This document shows, one piece after another, positions 20,324 to 31,800 of a stretch of DNA of 64,000 nt; positions within the stretch are counted from its first letter, which is position 1, and each line of letters starts with the position of its first letter. The stretch is from Armatimonadota bacterium (GTDB lineage Bacteria > Armatimonadota > Hebobacteria > CAIYQO01): positions 9,361 to 73,360 of the forward strand of contig JBBRXO010000003.1 in NCBI GenBank assembly GCA_038248345.1. Reading direction: 5' to 3'. Below the pieces are notes generated by a model, which saw nothing but the letters and a program-made list of their open reading frames with translations, searched no databases and had not been told where the DNA came from. A program made the position numbers and the translations under genes.

Positions 20324-20489
20324 GGCGCATTAATCGGGGACTGTCCCCCTCCTGCCGAAGGATCAGCTGTTTCGACAGGGTGGGGACAGTCCCAACCGGA
20401 GACTGAATACGAAAGAGAGGCTAACTATGGTAGGTATAAATCTCGATTATGCCGGCTACTGTGCGCGAGGACAGTCCCCGGTTAGCGCC
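20324..20489. repeat. GGGACTGTCCC-type palindromic element with inverted ends
   Basis: GGCGCATTAATCGGGGACTGTCCCC ... GGGGACAGTCCC ... GGACAGTCCCCGGTTAGCGCC. Confidence 0.6.
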
Positions 20490-20570
20490 GGTTTTTTGTG
20501 CTAGTCGTCCGGTAAAAACTGCTGGTAACGTTATTGCAGATAGCCAGGCAAATATTTGAGGACGCACACG

Positions 20571-21359
20571 ATGGCAACTAATAAATGTCCGAAGTGTGGT
20601 GAATAATTGGCGGAAGATGGCATTAGCTGCGACCACTGTGATGCGAGTACTTCCGACATTCCATCAAAACAGATTCCGATGCCTCCGCCTCCTATCATTG
20701 CGGGCAGTAAGATGGACGATAAAGAACCGGTCATGAATCCGCTGGCCGGCTGGTCGCTTTTTCTGGGGATCGCATCCATTTATCTGTCAATCATTACCGG
20801 GATTGTCGGGCTGGTACTGAGGATACTGGCGATTATGCAGATTCGAGCTAGCCAAGGACGCCAGAGAGGAATTGGATTAGCTGTCGCCGGCATAATCACC
20901 TCTATCATCCTCTCCATATTTATCGCAAGTACATACTATGGAATGCTAAAATCGGTGCGTTCGAAAGCTCGCCAGACGGTGTGTATGGATAATCAGCGAC
21001 AAATGGCCACAGCAATTGCGGTTTATATACAGGATCATGATGGCAACTATCCTACCGGTGATTTCTTTGCATTGATAAATAGCCCACAGAGCAGCCCTTC
21101 AAATACAACCATATTGCGGTGCCCAGAAAGCAAACTCGCCAACGGATATGGTTACAATAATAACTTGCGTGGTAATAACGTAAAGATGGTAGCAGATCCT
21201 GCTACCACGATACTTACAGCCGATGGCACGGGATTGCCCTTCTACACTTCAGCTGATATTGCCCCCAAACGGCACAAATACTTCTTCATCGCTTCCTTTG
21301 TCGATGGGCATGTAAAAGCGAAAAGCGCAGAAGATAAGATATCGTTGGAGATTAATTGA
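20571..21359 (+). pseudogene. Zinc-ribbon, DUF4190-like membrane domain and DUF1559/H-X9-DG protein with in-frame TAA at codon 12
   Basis: RBS GAGGA, MATNKCPKCGE*LAEDGISCDHC: the CxxC..CxxC motif is split by TAA 20604-20606. Also KARQTVCMDNQRQ and RHKYFFIASFVDGHV. Confidence 0.8.
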
Positions 21360-21516
21360 CGAAAGTTTTTCTGTAGCCATGTAATACATTGAGGCACATC
21401 AGCTTTAATCCCGATAAATGTCGGTAAATTTCTAGTGAATTATGCTTGCGCCAACCCCGATCCTCTGATATATTACGCATAGAGGCAAACAACGAAGGCA
21501 TTACGGTATATACATC

Positions 21517-23115
21517 ATGACGCAAATCTCTCCTATAAAATCAATCCCCGGTCTTTGGCGTACTGAAGCAGATACTTGTGGTTATCTGCTGGTACGCAAT
21601 GGACGAAGTCTGCTTATCGACTGTCCAGTGCAGGAGCTATCGAATGAGCTGACCGCAAATGGCTTGCCATTTCCAGAGATTGTCCTGCATACCCAAGTAC
21701 AGGAAGAGCATACTCGCGAATGGGCGGCTTTCCCTGCAGCAACGGTGTATGTGGCGGATAATTGCTTTGATATCGCTACACTTAACAATGAATACCGTGC
21801 GGCCAGCAACACTCGCTGGCCGTTGTCGCGCGAATGGGATTCTCGCGGCGAAGAAATATACGGTATCGCTGGCTGCGTCACAGAGCGTCCGCCGTTGCAG
21901 CCGCTCAATGTAGCCGGGCTTCTTGTACCAGGAGATTCTTTTACCTGGGAGGGCATCATCCTGGAGATACTCGCGTTGCCAGGTTCGGGCAAACGCGCTA
22001 TCGGTATTTATTGGCGTGAAGTAGGCGCTCTCTTCTCCGGTGATCTCATTAGCGCGGGTGGCTATCTCGTTAATTTCTACGACCTGGAGCGCGGCTATGG
22101 CCTAACCAGTGGCTATCAGCAATTACATGACTCGCTGGGGTTGGTATTAAATCTCAACCCAATCCTGTTACTGCCCAGCACCGGGCCTGTTATTGAGCAA
22201 CCTGTTGCAGATATTGCGGTACTTACCGAGCGGCTAAGCTGGATGAAAAACTCGCCAAACCGATCAGGTATTGCCCCCGCTACTGTAGTACGTGAATTCG
22301 GACGTTATAAAGAGATAATGCCGGGTATCTACCAGAACAACAACATGGGCAATATCATTCTTTATGTCACACCAGCGGGCCAGGGATTGATAATTGATCC
22401 TGATCCTTGTGTCTGGCTTGATTGGGATGCAACGGTGACAGAGGTGCATGCTGACTTCGATCTACTCGAGCGCGAGACCGGCCTGAAGTGCATTGAGTTG
22501 GCGTTCATCACCCACTATCATGGGGATCATTGTGAGTTCAGCGATTTACTTCGCCAACGCTATGGTACGCAAATATGCGCCACTCCTGACGTTGCGGCGG
22601 TTTTGGAAGATCCTTACAGCTATCCCTATCCCTGCACTTTTGAATGGTATGACCTATCATTTGATCATGTTGCTGTCGACAGGAAGTTACCTTATGAGGA
22701 ATCTTTCGACTGGCACGGTATTTCAATCATGCCAATTCACTCGCCAGGTCACTGCTATGCACACTCCGGTTTTCTGATCCCCTGGAATGGCATTCTCACC
22801 GCTTGTACGGGTGACACAGTACAATATAGCGGTGGAGATATATTTAGTGATCTCCCCATCAGCTATAACGATACCGCCTGGCCAGACTTTGGTTTTGCTA
22901 TCACTTTTCAACGCTTGCTACAAGCGAAACCTACCCTTATTCTCGGCGGGCACAGCAACTTTTTCTTTGATCCTGATCAAGCTGTACTTCGTAAGATGCT
23001 AACCGTGTATGAGGAAACAGAAAGCCTTGTCGCACAACTGGTTCCTGATGGTGACCTCCGCAAATATATGACACCTCCTGGCTTCGATGCCCTACGACCT
23101 GCGCAGACAGTTTAA
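21517..23115 (+). CDS. Tandem metallo-beta-lactamase-fold hydrolase
   Basis: Second domain THYHGDH, HSPGH, TGD, GGH; first domain degenerate (HTQVQEEH, FSGD). Confidence 0.75.
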   Translation: MTQISPIKSIPGLWRTEADTCGYLLVRNGRSLLIDCPVQELSNELTANGLPFPEIVLHTQVQEEHTREWAAFPAATVYVADNCFDIATLNNEYRAASNTRWPLSREWDSRGEEIYGIAGCVTERPPLQPLNVAGLLVPGDSFTWEGIILEILALPGSGKRAIGIYWREVGALFSGDLISAGGYLVNFYDLERGYGLTSGYQQLHDSLGLVLNLNPILLLPSTGPVIEQPVADIAVLTERLSWMKNSPNRSGIAPATVVREFGRYKEIMPGIYQNNNMGNIILYVTPAGQGLIIDPDPCVWLDWDATVTEVHADFDLLERETGLKCIELAFITHYHGDHCEFSDLLRQRYGTQICATPDVAAVLEDPYSYPYPCTFEWYDLSFDHVAVDRKLPYEESFDWHGISIMPIHSPGHCYAHSGFLIPWNGILTACTGDTVQYSGGDIFSDLPISYNDTAWPDFGFAITFQRLLQAKPTLILGGHSNFFFDPDQAVLRKMLTVYEETESLVAQLVPDGDLRKYMTPPGFDALRPAQTV

Positions 23116-23124
23116 GGAGAAAAT

Positions 23125-23472
23125 ATGTGTAAAGCTCATGCAATAGTCCATGCCGGCATTTGTGGATTTGTCACCGAGGTGACGGCCAGTGGAAATGATG
23201 ACCAGGAAGTGACGTTCACTATTACCAGCCCCTGTGCCAATATTCAGCGGTTAGCGGCTGCATTGCCTGCTGATATTGACGCTTATTCCGAGATCGGCAC
23301 TGGATATGCGGGGATAATATGGACGGCGGCGCACAGTATTGTACGCGGAAATTGTAGCGGTTGCATTGTAGCTCCCGCTATCTTCAAAGCAATGCAGGTT
23401 GCTGCTGGACTTGCTTTGCCAGCCGAATCGGTGATAAATATCGAACGGGTGGGGGAGGATACCACTTCGTAG
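23125..23472 (+). CDS. Small Cys-containing protein (DUF6951-like)
   Basis: AGICGFVT..SPCANI..CSGCIVAPAIFKAMQVAAGLALP; RBS AAGGAG. Confidence 0.65.
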   Translation: MCKAHAIVHAGICGFVTEVTASGNDDQEVTFTITSPCANIQRLAAALPADIDAYSEIGTGYAGIIWTAAHSIVRGNCSGCIVAPAIFKAMQVAAGLALPAESVINIERVGEDTTS

Positions 23473-23508
23473 CTAAGCTACGAAGTGGTAAAGGCAGGCA
23501 CAACTTGA

Positions 23509-26500
23509 TCAATCCAAGAAAACGCCAGCTATATTGGCACGATTGTTCTGGTCAGAGTTGATAGCATTCTGTGTGACAGTCAAGGTACAGGAACCGATGA
23601 AACGGTACTGCAGTACTACGTGCCCTTGCGTGCCATCAAATTCGGCAAGCGTCCAGGTTACACCATTGACCGCATCACCGATAGAGTAAGTCGCGGGGGG
23701 CGCTGCGGCACCGCTACGAACAGTAGTTACTACCGTAATGGTATGGACAGCGTTATCGGTAGCCTTAATTGATACTGCTCCACTGCTGCCCGCAGTATTT
23801 TGCTGTACCTTGCCAGTGTGGTAGGGCCCCGTATTCACTCCATCAACTTTGATGTTTAATGAATTCCATCCGTCACAGAATCCAAAGGTATCAGTCGTGA
23901 AAGTATCAATGAAGGGAGCCGATATTGTGCGTTTTGTCTCCATTCGAGCCCCCCAGCGGAAGAATGCGAATCCGTGGCGTCCCACGGAGCGCGTGGCGAT
24001 CTCTCCCTGCCCGCCCCAGTTCAGGACAGCAGCTGGCTGGCCGGCAGCGCCATCCGCGGGCTTTTTAGAGTCTATCTCCAAAATGCGTCCGGTGGAATTC
24101 GTGAGCGTGGTAGCCATTACTCCATAGGAGTTGACAGGCACATTGGTGATTCTGACATTGATAGTATATTCTGTGGTAATTACACCTGAAGTGACGGTGA
24201 GTATCAGGGGAACAGTTGACCCAACAGCGAGGTTCGTCGCCGGGGTTACTGCTATAGCCCACAACTTCCCAGTGCGCCTGGTGGCTTTTACCGTCAGGCC
24301 AATGACTGGTTTCGCGGTGATATTGTCAGCAGATACCAGTGCATTTACCTGCCGGATATCGCCCGGAAACGCATACAGCGTGGTGAGTTTATCAAGTTGT
24401 TGTGCGGGTATTTGCTGATGGGCGGCAAAGCGTACTACGCCTTCTACGGCGTGGACGGGCCCATACGATTCTCCTTCGCCAGTGGTATCAATACCCGCCA
24501 GCCAGTAATAGAAGTCACCAACTCCTGGGACATCAGTGATAGTCGTTTCGATGACGTCACGCTTGATTGCCGCCGCATTTATTGGGTCAGGTGTATTGCC
24601 TCGGTAGATGGTGTACGCTTGCGCCCCGTCTATCTCACTCCATGTTACCTGCACTTGCGTATTCGCCATTCCCCAGGCCGATGGATTCATAGCGAGGGGG
24701 TTTGCCGTTTCCTTATCTGCTATCCATGAGTAGCGTTGCATCACCCCGTCCTTATCATTTTGATAGAGCGCGACGTTAAAGCGCAAAGGCGCTGCCATAT
24801 CTAATCGCTCTTCGCTGATGTTGACATCACCCTGTCGTTTTATGGTGACTGGCGCAGTTTTAGCTAACTCCGGTAGATAGGAAAGCGGTATCTCGGCTTC
24901 CAGCGTATAGCCCCGTCCATCCAGGCGTTCTTTTACAGCTATCTGCACACCGGGCATCGCAGCGTAGCCGGTGAGGTAACTGGGAATTGCAGTGGGGGTG
25001 TCACCGTAATACTTACCTTTATTATCCAGCGGGCGCATAGTAGATGACGGCTCCAGCGGGGCTGAGAGGGGGCGGCAGGCGTTGGCTATTCCGACCAGAT
25101 TGCCATTCTGGCGCACTGCACTTAGCAGGATGCGAGTATCACCATTGATAGCTTTTGTACGATCCTGCGGCGTTGCTGGCCCCAGCAGCAACTCTATCCC
25201 TTCCAGTTGATCAAGCTTACTGGTTGTGGCATTCCCCGCTAGCGGGGTGGAGTCTATTATATCGGCAAAAATACACAGCTTGCCTGCATCGCGGCGCAGG
25301 CGCACATCAGCCTGTAATTTATCCCCATTAAGTAAAGAGATTGCTGGCACATCTGGCGCCCATTCCCAGTCATATCCATCGACCCCCATATAGCGCCCAC
25401 CGCTGGTGAAAGGCCAGGTGGAATAAGGGATAGTCCATTGACCGGCTGGTGGTGTGGCAAGCTGTATGCGTGGGGGGGCTGATGGTAGTTTAACGTTACC
25501 GTCGAGACGTGTTATTTGATCACCAAAGACACCATCGATCTCCAGCACACGTGCGTCTTCAGTACTTACGGCGAAAAGCAGATGCTTGCCGGTTTTGGGG
25601 TCCTTCAGGAAAAGGCCCGGCTGTACATTCTCCACATACATCGCGGTTGGTCCAACATCTGTCCATTTTCCCCGGTTATCAACGCCGCACACCCATCCCA
25701 GGGTCAGGCCATCGCTGGTGTAGGCAGTGAAGTTAGAATTTACTTCAGCAGCAACTATCACACCGTCTGATTCGCCAGTGAGATTCATTAGCAAAATATT
25801 GTCGCCATTGCGGTAGAAGCGTCCATCATGATGACCGATGATCCACTTCACTTTCCCATCTTCGACTTTTATCAGTCGAGTTTCTAATGCGCGATCCCAT
25901 GCATTTAGTCCCCGATCTGGACCTACATTCCCAACTATGTAGCGGATGTTACCTGGCGCTGGTGGTGCTGCGAATCGGAAATAATTTATCTGTTCGAATA
26001 TCGGCGTTAGATCCTGGTCAACATGCGAAGTGTAACTACCGTTGGAATAGTAGGGAACACCGCGGGCATCAATGCGTGCGGGCTTCATCACACCTGTGCC
26101 GGTGTACAGATTCAGGTTGCGGTCTATCCAGACGAAAGCATCCTCGCTGGGCGTTTTGGGATCCATCTCATCCGGTTGTATCAGGCCATCACCGTTGGCA
26201 TCAGCCCATATACGATTCTCTGACTTTATCCAGGGGGTGGTGTGGACGGCAGCGACCGGTTTCCAATTTCCATCTTCCCATAGCCATATGCCAGACCATT
26301 CACCACCTGGCAGCCAGAAGTAGCGTTTGCCGTTCTCGCCAGTGAAGGCCAGCGCCCGATTGTAACTGATAGCGGAAGCTTTGGACATCAGATCAGGCTT
26401 GGCCGTTTGATCGATGCCGTTCTGTGTTAAATTGTAGATTGCTTCCACACTCCAGGCGCCTGCCGGATTTCCTGGATCGCGTTTATAGGCAGCATAGTCA

Positions 26501-28525
26501 ATTTTTGCCTTGATATAATAGGTGGAGCCTTGATGTGCCTGATAGTAAACTATCGACATATCGTCGAGGTCAGTGCCCACCACGACGTAGCCCGTCGGGC
26601 CGTAGAAATCTTCTAACCATTTGCCGTCGGTTGTCATGCGGGCATAGCGGCGCGGTGCGTCCGCCTGTTCTACTAACCACAGGTTGCCATCTGGGCCGAT
26701 GGCAACCTGTCACATTGCGGAATTGCAGTGGATCATACTTAGTTACTGTTGCCGGGCGACCGCCTTTGGTGCCGAAGGTGGCAAGTAGCTTTCCGACGGC
26801 GGAGAATTTTTTTATCTGCTCACTGGCACCCAGGTCGGATACGTAGATTTGTCCGGCCGCGTCCACCGCTACGGCACGCGCTGCTTCAAGGTCGGTTATT
26901 ATCGGCTGTGTTTGGCGAGTAGCAGGATCGATACTTACTACCTGGGTCCCGCTACATGCGAGAAGTTTTTTGTCTGATGTACGGAAGAGGCCGCCAGGCT
27001 TTACCAATGATATATCAGCCTCAATAATACCAGTATCCAGATTTATCACTATTATCCGATTATCATCATAGCTGGAGATATATGCCATATTTCCAATTAC
27101 CGCCATTCCCATGACAGTGGCTTTGCCCAGTGGAATGGGAGAATTTTTCGTGCCGATATTTATCGGACGTCCAGTCTGTGCATCAAGGCGCACTAACAAA
27201 GGTGCAGCGTTTGAGCCGTACACCATATATGCATATTTGTCATCAGCGGCCATCGCCAGACCGGCCCCAAATACTCCCGTACTGGCAAACCATTTCGCTT
27301 TCCCATCTACTCCAATTTTTCGCAGGCAGCGTTGCCCCTCTTCCACTGAGTTGAGCATATAAATGCCATTGGCATCGGCAGAAATGGCAGATGGGCCACC
27401 ATGAGTACCTCCAATAGACCCCATGCCATCTTCCGTGCGATAAACAGGGCGGCCAGAATTGCCCACACTACCATAGAAGCTGGTCTTAATTCCGTCAAAA
27501 TAGCCAACACGATATTTATAGTCGCCGGGGGGCATTGGGTGACCGCTACGGTCGCGGCCATTCCAATAGATAGTATGCTTGCCTTTTTTTAGCATAACTG
27601 CGCGTAGCAGTTCACTCACGACCCAGCCTTTATCATCCGTTACAATTACGCTAGTGGTGACGTTTCGGGGTAAATCAAATACTATCGGGGTGCCGGGGCC
27701 AGTAAATACGCCTTCCTCATCCTGGTTGGCACGGGGCTGCGGACGTGGTCCGGGATCGGTGGCGTAGAGTTTCATCTTACCCCACGCACCCGGGTACAGG
27801 CGTGCCTCGGTCGACATATCCATGGTGGCGTTTGGCCCGTTGCCCGTGCTGTGCCACCAGGCAGTAGCCAGGTTCAACGTGCCAGCCGGATCGCTGAAGA
27901 TCACCTGCAGATCGAAAGGCACCTGCATACCGTCAGTAGGGACGTAGCCGAGAGTGGTCCAGGGGATAGCTAGCTCCGCCAGATATCCGTCCACTTTTTG
28001 ACGCAATATGCACTTTACCTCCAGTACTGGAGCGACAAAGTCAAATGCTACTTTGCCCGCGGCCTCGGTGAAATATGAATACGGGCGTTTCTCCGGCCAT
28101 TGTGGACGCATCGCTATGACCATTGGTTTACGATCAATCATTGCAACCATCAATCGCTGGTTGGCGCCTTTCCCGCCCGCTGGCCCGAAGCACAAGCTAA
28201 GGGCATCACCGCCCTTCAGCAGCTCTTGCGGAATTGCCGAAGCATTCTTCAGGGGGCTATCATCAATCACTTCAATTAAGGCATAGAGGGCGGTAGCATC
28301 ATAGGCTAGTTTGAAGTTGACTACCGCACCATCCGCACCGAGCACGACCTGAATGGATTTCTGTGCTGCCCAATCGGCGGCATTTCCATCAATAACGCGA
28401 GGGACTGCAGTCTTGACCGCGGCAGCTGAAGGGGCTACTTGCCCCCATCCTGGGCTGACCAGGCAGATAAGCAACAGTATCGCAATAAGCGAAACTGGCA
28501 GAGCAGAACGGCGCTCGCTGTTCAT
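23509..28525 (-). pseudogene. Giant secreted CBM9-like / FlgD Ig / NHL beta-propeller protein, split by a frameshift at ~26700
   Basis: ORFs 26570-28525 and 23509-26637 overlap. The NHL blade NVTG-x-AIGPDGNLWLVE switches frame. Signal peptide, IDGNAADW, WNGRDRSG, WADANGDG and an FN3-like region are present. Confidence 0.82.
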
Positions 28526-28565
28526 TATAGACCCCCCTAGAGCTGATGTGGTTTCACTTCATTAT

Positions 28566-28612
28566 CAAACCGGTTAACTTGTAATTATACAGTATTTTCG
28601 ACAAATTTACAA
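28566..28612 (-). promoter_or_regulatory. Sigma70 promoter plus palindromic AACCGGTT operator-like site
   Basis: Minus strand TTGTAA-17 nt-TATAAT; AACCGGTT at 28568-28575 just downstream; related GGAACCGGAT at 28754-28763 before the divergent gene. Confidence 0.55.
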
Positions 28613-28851
28613 GGTATAGACAAAAAATCTCTGTCTACTAGTTCATTTTTTTGCTTACAGAAGCACTCAATCCGTGGTATTCTGTACCAATATTGATGGA
28701 GAATTGCTAACAGAATAAGTTTTTGAGAAAAGATATAGGTGTGATAGTTTAAAATCCGGTTCCACATAAGATTCACTGATGCCCTTGGTCATTTGAGGTG
28801 AATCAACATCGTTCGAAATGCGTATTACTGGTTATCAAGTAGGAGATAGGC

Positions 28852-31800
28852 ATGCAGATCAGACAATTATTGTTACTAGTCACCTGTTTATCGATGATTA
28901 TCATCGGTTTACTTCCAGCTTCCGGGCAGCAGGAACTCTTTCGTTCAGTGCTGACGGATGCCAATCTGGATCTCGACAACACAACAGAATTCCCCAAGAA
29001 TATTGACGGCAAAGGTGGATTCGGCAATGCGAACTCGCGGAATGATGGATTGCTGGGTGCGTTGCACGTACGAGGTGTTCTTGCACCTCACGCTAGCTGG
29101 CAAACCGGCGAGACCGACCAGCGCCAGCGCTATCTCCGTATTAGCTTTAAAGAATTGGTACCAATCGGTACGTTGATTGGCGGCGGTGGGGAAGTAAGTT
29201 ATTTAAAGATGGACGCCATGGCCCCCGGCGATGTGATGGATGACACGCAATGGGTAAAGGTACTTGCTCCAGACGGACAGGCTGGCCTGACAGTTACACC
29301 TTTTCCGCCGGGTGTTTTAACACGTGCGCTACGTTTTAGTTTCAATGACAAACTTCCGAATGGCGGCGCTTCGCGTTCCGGGTTTGGCGGACTGGTAGTG
29401 CTTAAAGCTCGTTTGGACAACTTAACTCCGGAAGCGTTGGCGTTTGCCTCTAGCCAGGTCACCGGTAGCGCTAACGTTGTTGAACAAACTCGTGTGCAAA
29501 ATCTGGTAAGCGGAGGCAATTGGAGAGGCGCACCCAAGCAGGATATATCCCCTGATCATCCTGAGTGGGTTATTCTATCGTGGCCCAAAGCGAAGGCATT
29601 CAGCGGTATCGGCTTCGTAAATGCTTTTGCAAAGCGGCTGGAAGTTGATATGCTAAAGCCGGAAGAGACTGCGCATCCTGCTGTAGCTCCGGAGACGTCC
29701 TGGGTTCATATTGCAGGACTTAATTGGCCTATCTGGTGGCGACCTGCGTATACTGACGCTTACCTTCCCTTTAACGATCTGGTGACGACGCGTGCGTTGC
29801 GTGTCCGCATAACTGAACCACTAACCAAAGAAAATGCAGATATAGCAGGTTCATCGGGAGGTGGTAAACGAACAGTATCACTTTCTGGAATAATGACATT
29901 TACCGACCTGGGCGTTCTACCAACACCTTCGCGTCTGAAAGTGGTCGCTGAGTTGCCACCGATCAAAATCCCATTAACAATGCCATACAACGGCAACCTG
30001 ACAATTGCTATTGACGACACCAACGGCAAACGTGTACGTAACCTGGTAGGTGACGAGGAGCGGAAATTCGGGCCATTGCAAGAAGCGTGGGATGGACGTG
30101 ATGATGCTGGCAATTTATTACCAGCCGGGAGATATACCTGGAAGGCAATCACCCACCAACCACTGCACTACACTTATCAATCGACAGTGAATAATTCAGG
30201 TAATCCACCCTGGTGGAAGTCAGGGAGTTGGGGTGATCAATCGGGGCCGGGCAGTTGGCTATCGGATCACGCTGCTCCTAACGATGTCACTGTCATTGGA
30301 GATAAAGTATTTATCGGCGCCGTGATCGCCGAATCCGGCCATACCATACTGGCCTGTGATCTGGACGGGAAGAAGCTATGGGGCACTAAGTGGCTGGAGA
30401 CGGCAGGCGCCGGTTTCCTCACTAACGACGGCCAGAAAGTCTATTCAGTGGGTGAAGGTGGATGGATTGGTGAGCGGTTGATGATTCACGAAATTGATCC
30501 AATAACTTTCAAATGGCGCCGGGCGACGCAACTAGTATTTGATACTGGTAATACTCCTACGGGGGGAGTATCCGGCCTTGCCGCACGTGACGGTAAGCTC
30601 TATATTGCCTTTAACCATGCTCCACTCTCCTGGACGCGCTCTGCTATTGCGACGCAGAATATTGATACTGTTAACACCACCGCATTTGGCAACAATTTGA
30701 CCGGGATGCTACGCACCAAAAATGATGTCCCATCCGGTTGGGCATGGAGCACGACTAAATCGGCTGATCCGGTTCAGTATTTACGTCTCGCCTTTTTAAC
30801 GCCGCAACCGATAGGTTCATTCATCTCCCCTAAAGAAATGGAGATGAGTGTACTCAAGCCAGAAGCAGCATATCCAGGTGACCTGACGAATGATGATCAA
30901 TGGATTGCTATGCAAGCCGGGCAACAACAGGGGTTGCGGGTTTATACTGCGCCGGAAAGTACCATTTCGCGTGCTATTCGATTTACATTCCGCAAGCCCA
31001 AAGTTGACGGGCAACCGTGGAACGCTGACCTGTCAGGTGGGCTGTTATTGGCACATAGATTCCAGAATGCCCTGGCTGGCGCGAAGATAACGGCGTCTTC
31101 CGGTGTAGTCAAAGCGGATGGTAGCTGGTCAACAGTACAGCAAACGCCAATTACTATTGAAAATCCTGCCACGCTAACAATTACCTGGCCGGAAGCACGC
31201 ACATTCCGCGGATTAGGCTTTTTGAATTTCTTCGCTAAACGGGCGGAGATATCAATGCTGAAAAAGGCAGATGCTGATCCAGCTACTGCACTTGAAACTG
31301 ATTGGACGGTATTGGGAGATATCTCCCCGGCTGTGCGCTGGCGTCCGGCGTATTCCGATGATTATTTCGATGCTGGGAAAGACATTACTACCCGCGCTAT
31401 TCGTTTACGCGTGTTAGAACCATTGGTGTCAGAAAATACAGATATCGCAAATGATACCAAGGGCAAGCTAATGACGGCTGGTATTGGTGGCCTGATTGTA
31501 TTGAAAGCTCTCGGCAATGATCCACAAACGGCTGAGTTACCACCGCAGCGTATCAGCGTCGTTAATATTGCTAATGGAAAATGGGAGCAAAATATTTCGG
31601 TGCCGGAACCGCGTTTCCCGCATTTCGATGCAGACGGCAATTTAGTTGTTGTTTCTGGCAAACAAGTCGTTCGTGTTAGTTTGCCCGACGGGAAGATTAC
31701 CCCGGTAATCGCGACCGGACTTGATGATCCACGTGGTATTACTTTTGATGCGGCGAAGAATATCTACGTTGCCGACGGAAAAACTGAGCAAGTGAAAGTC

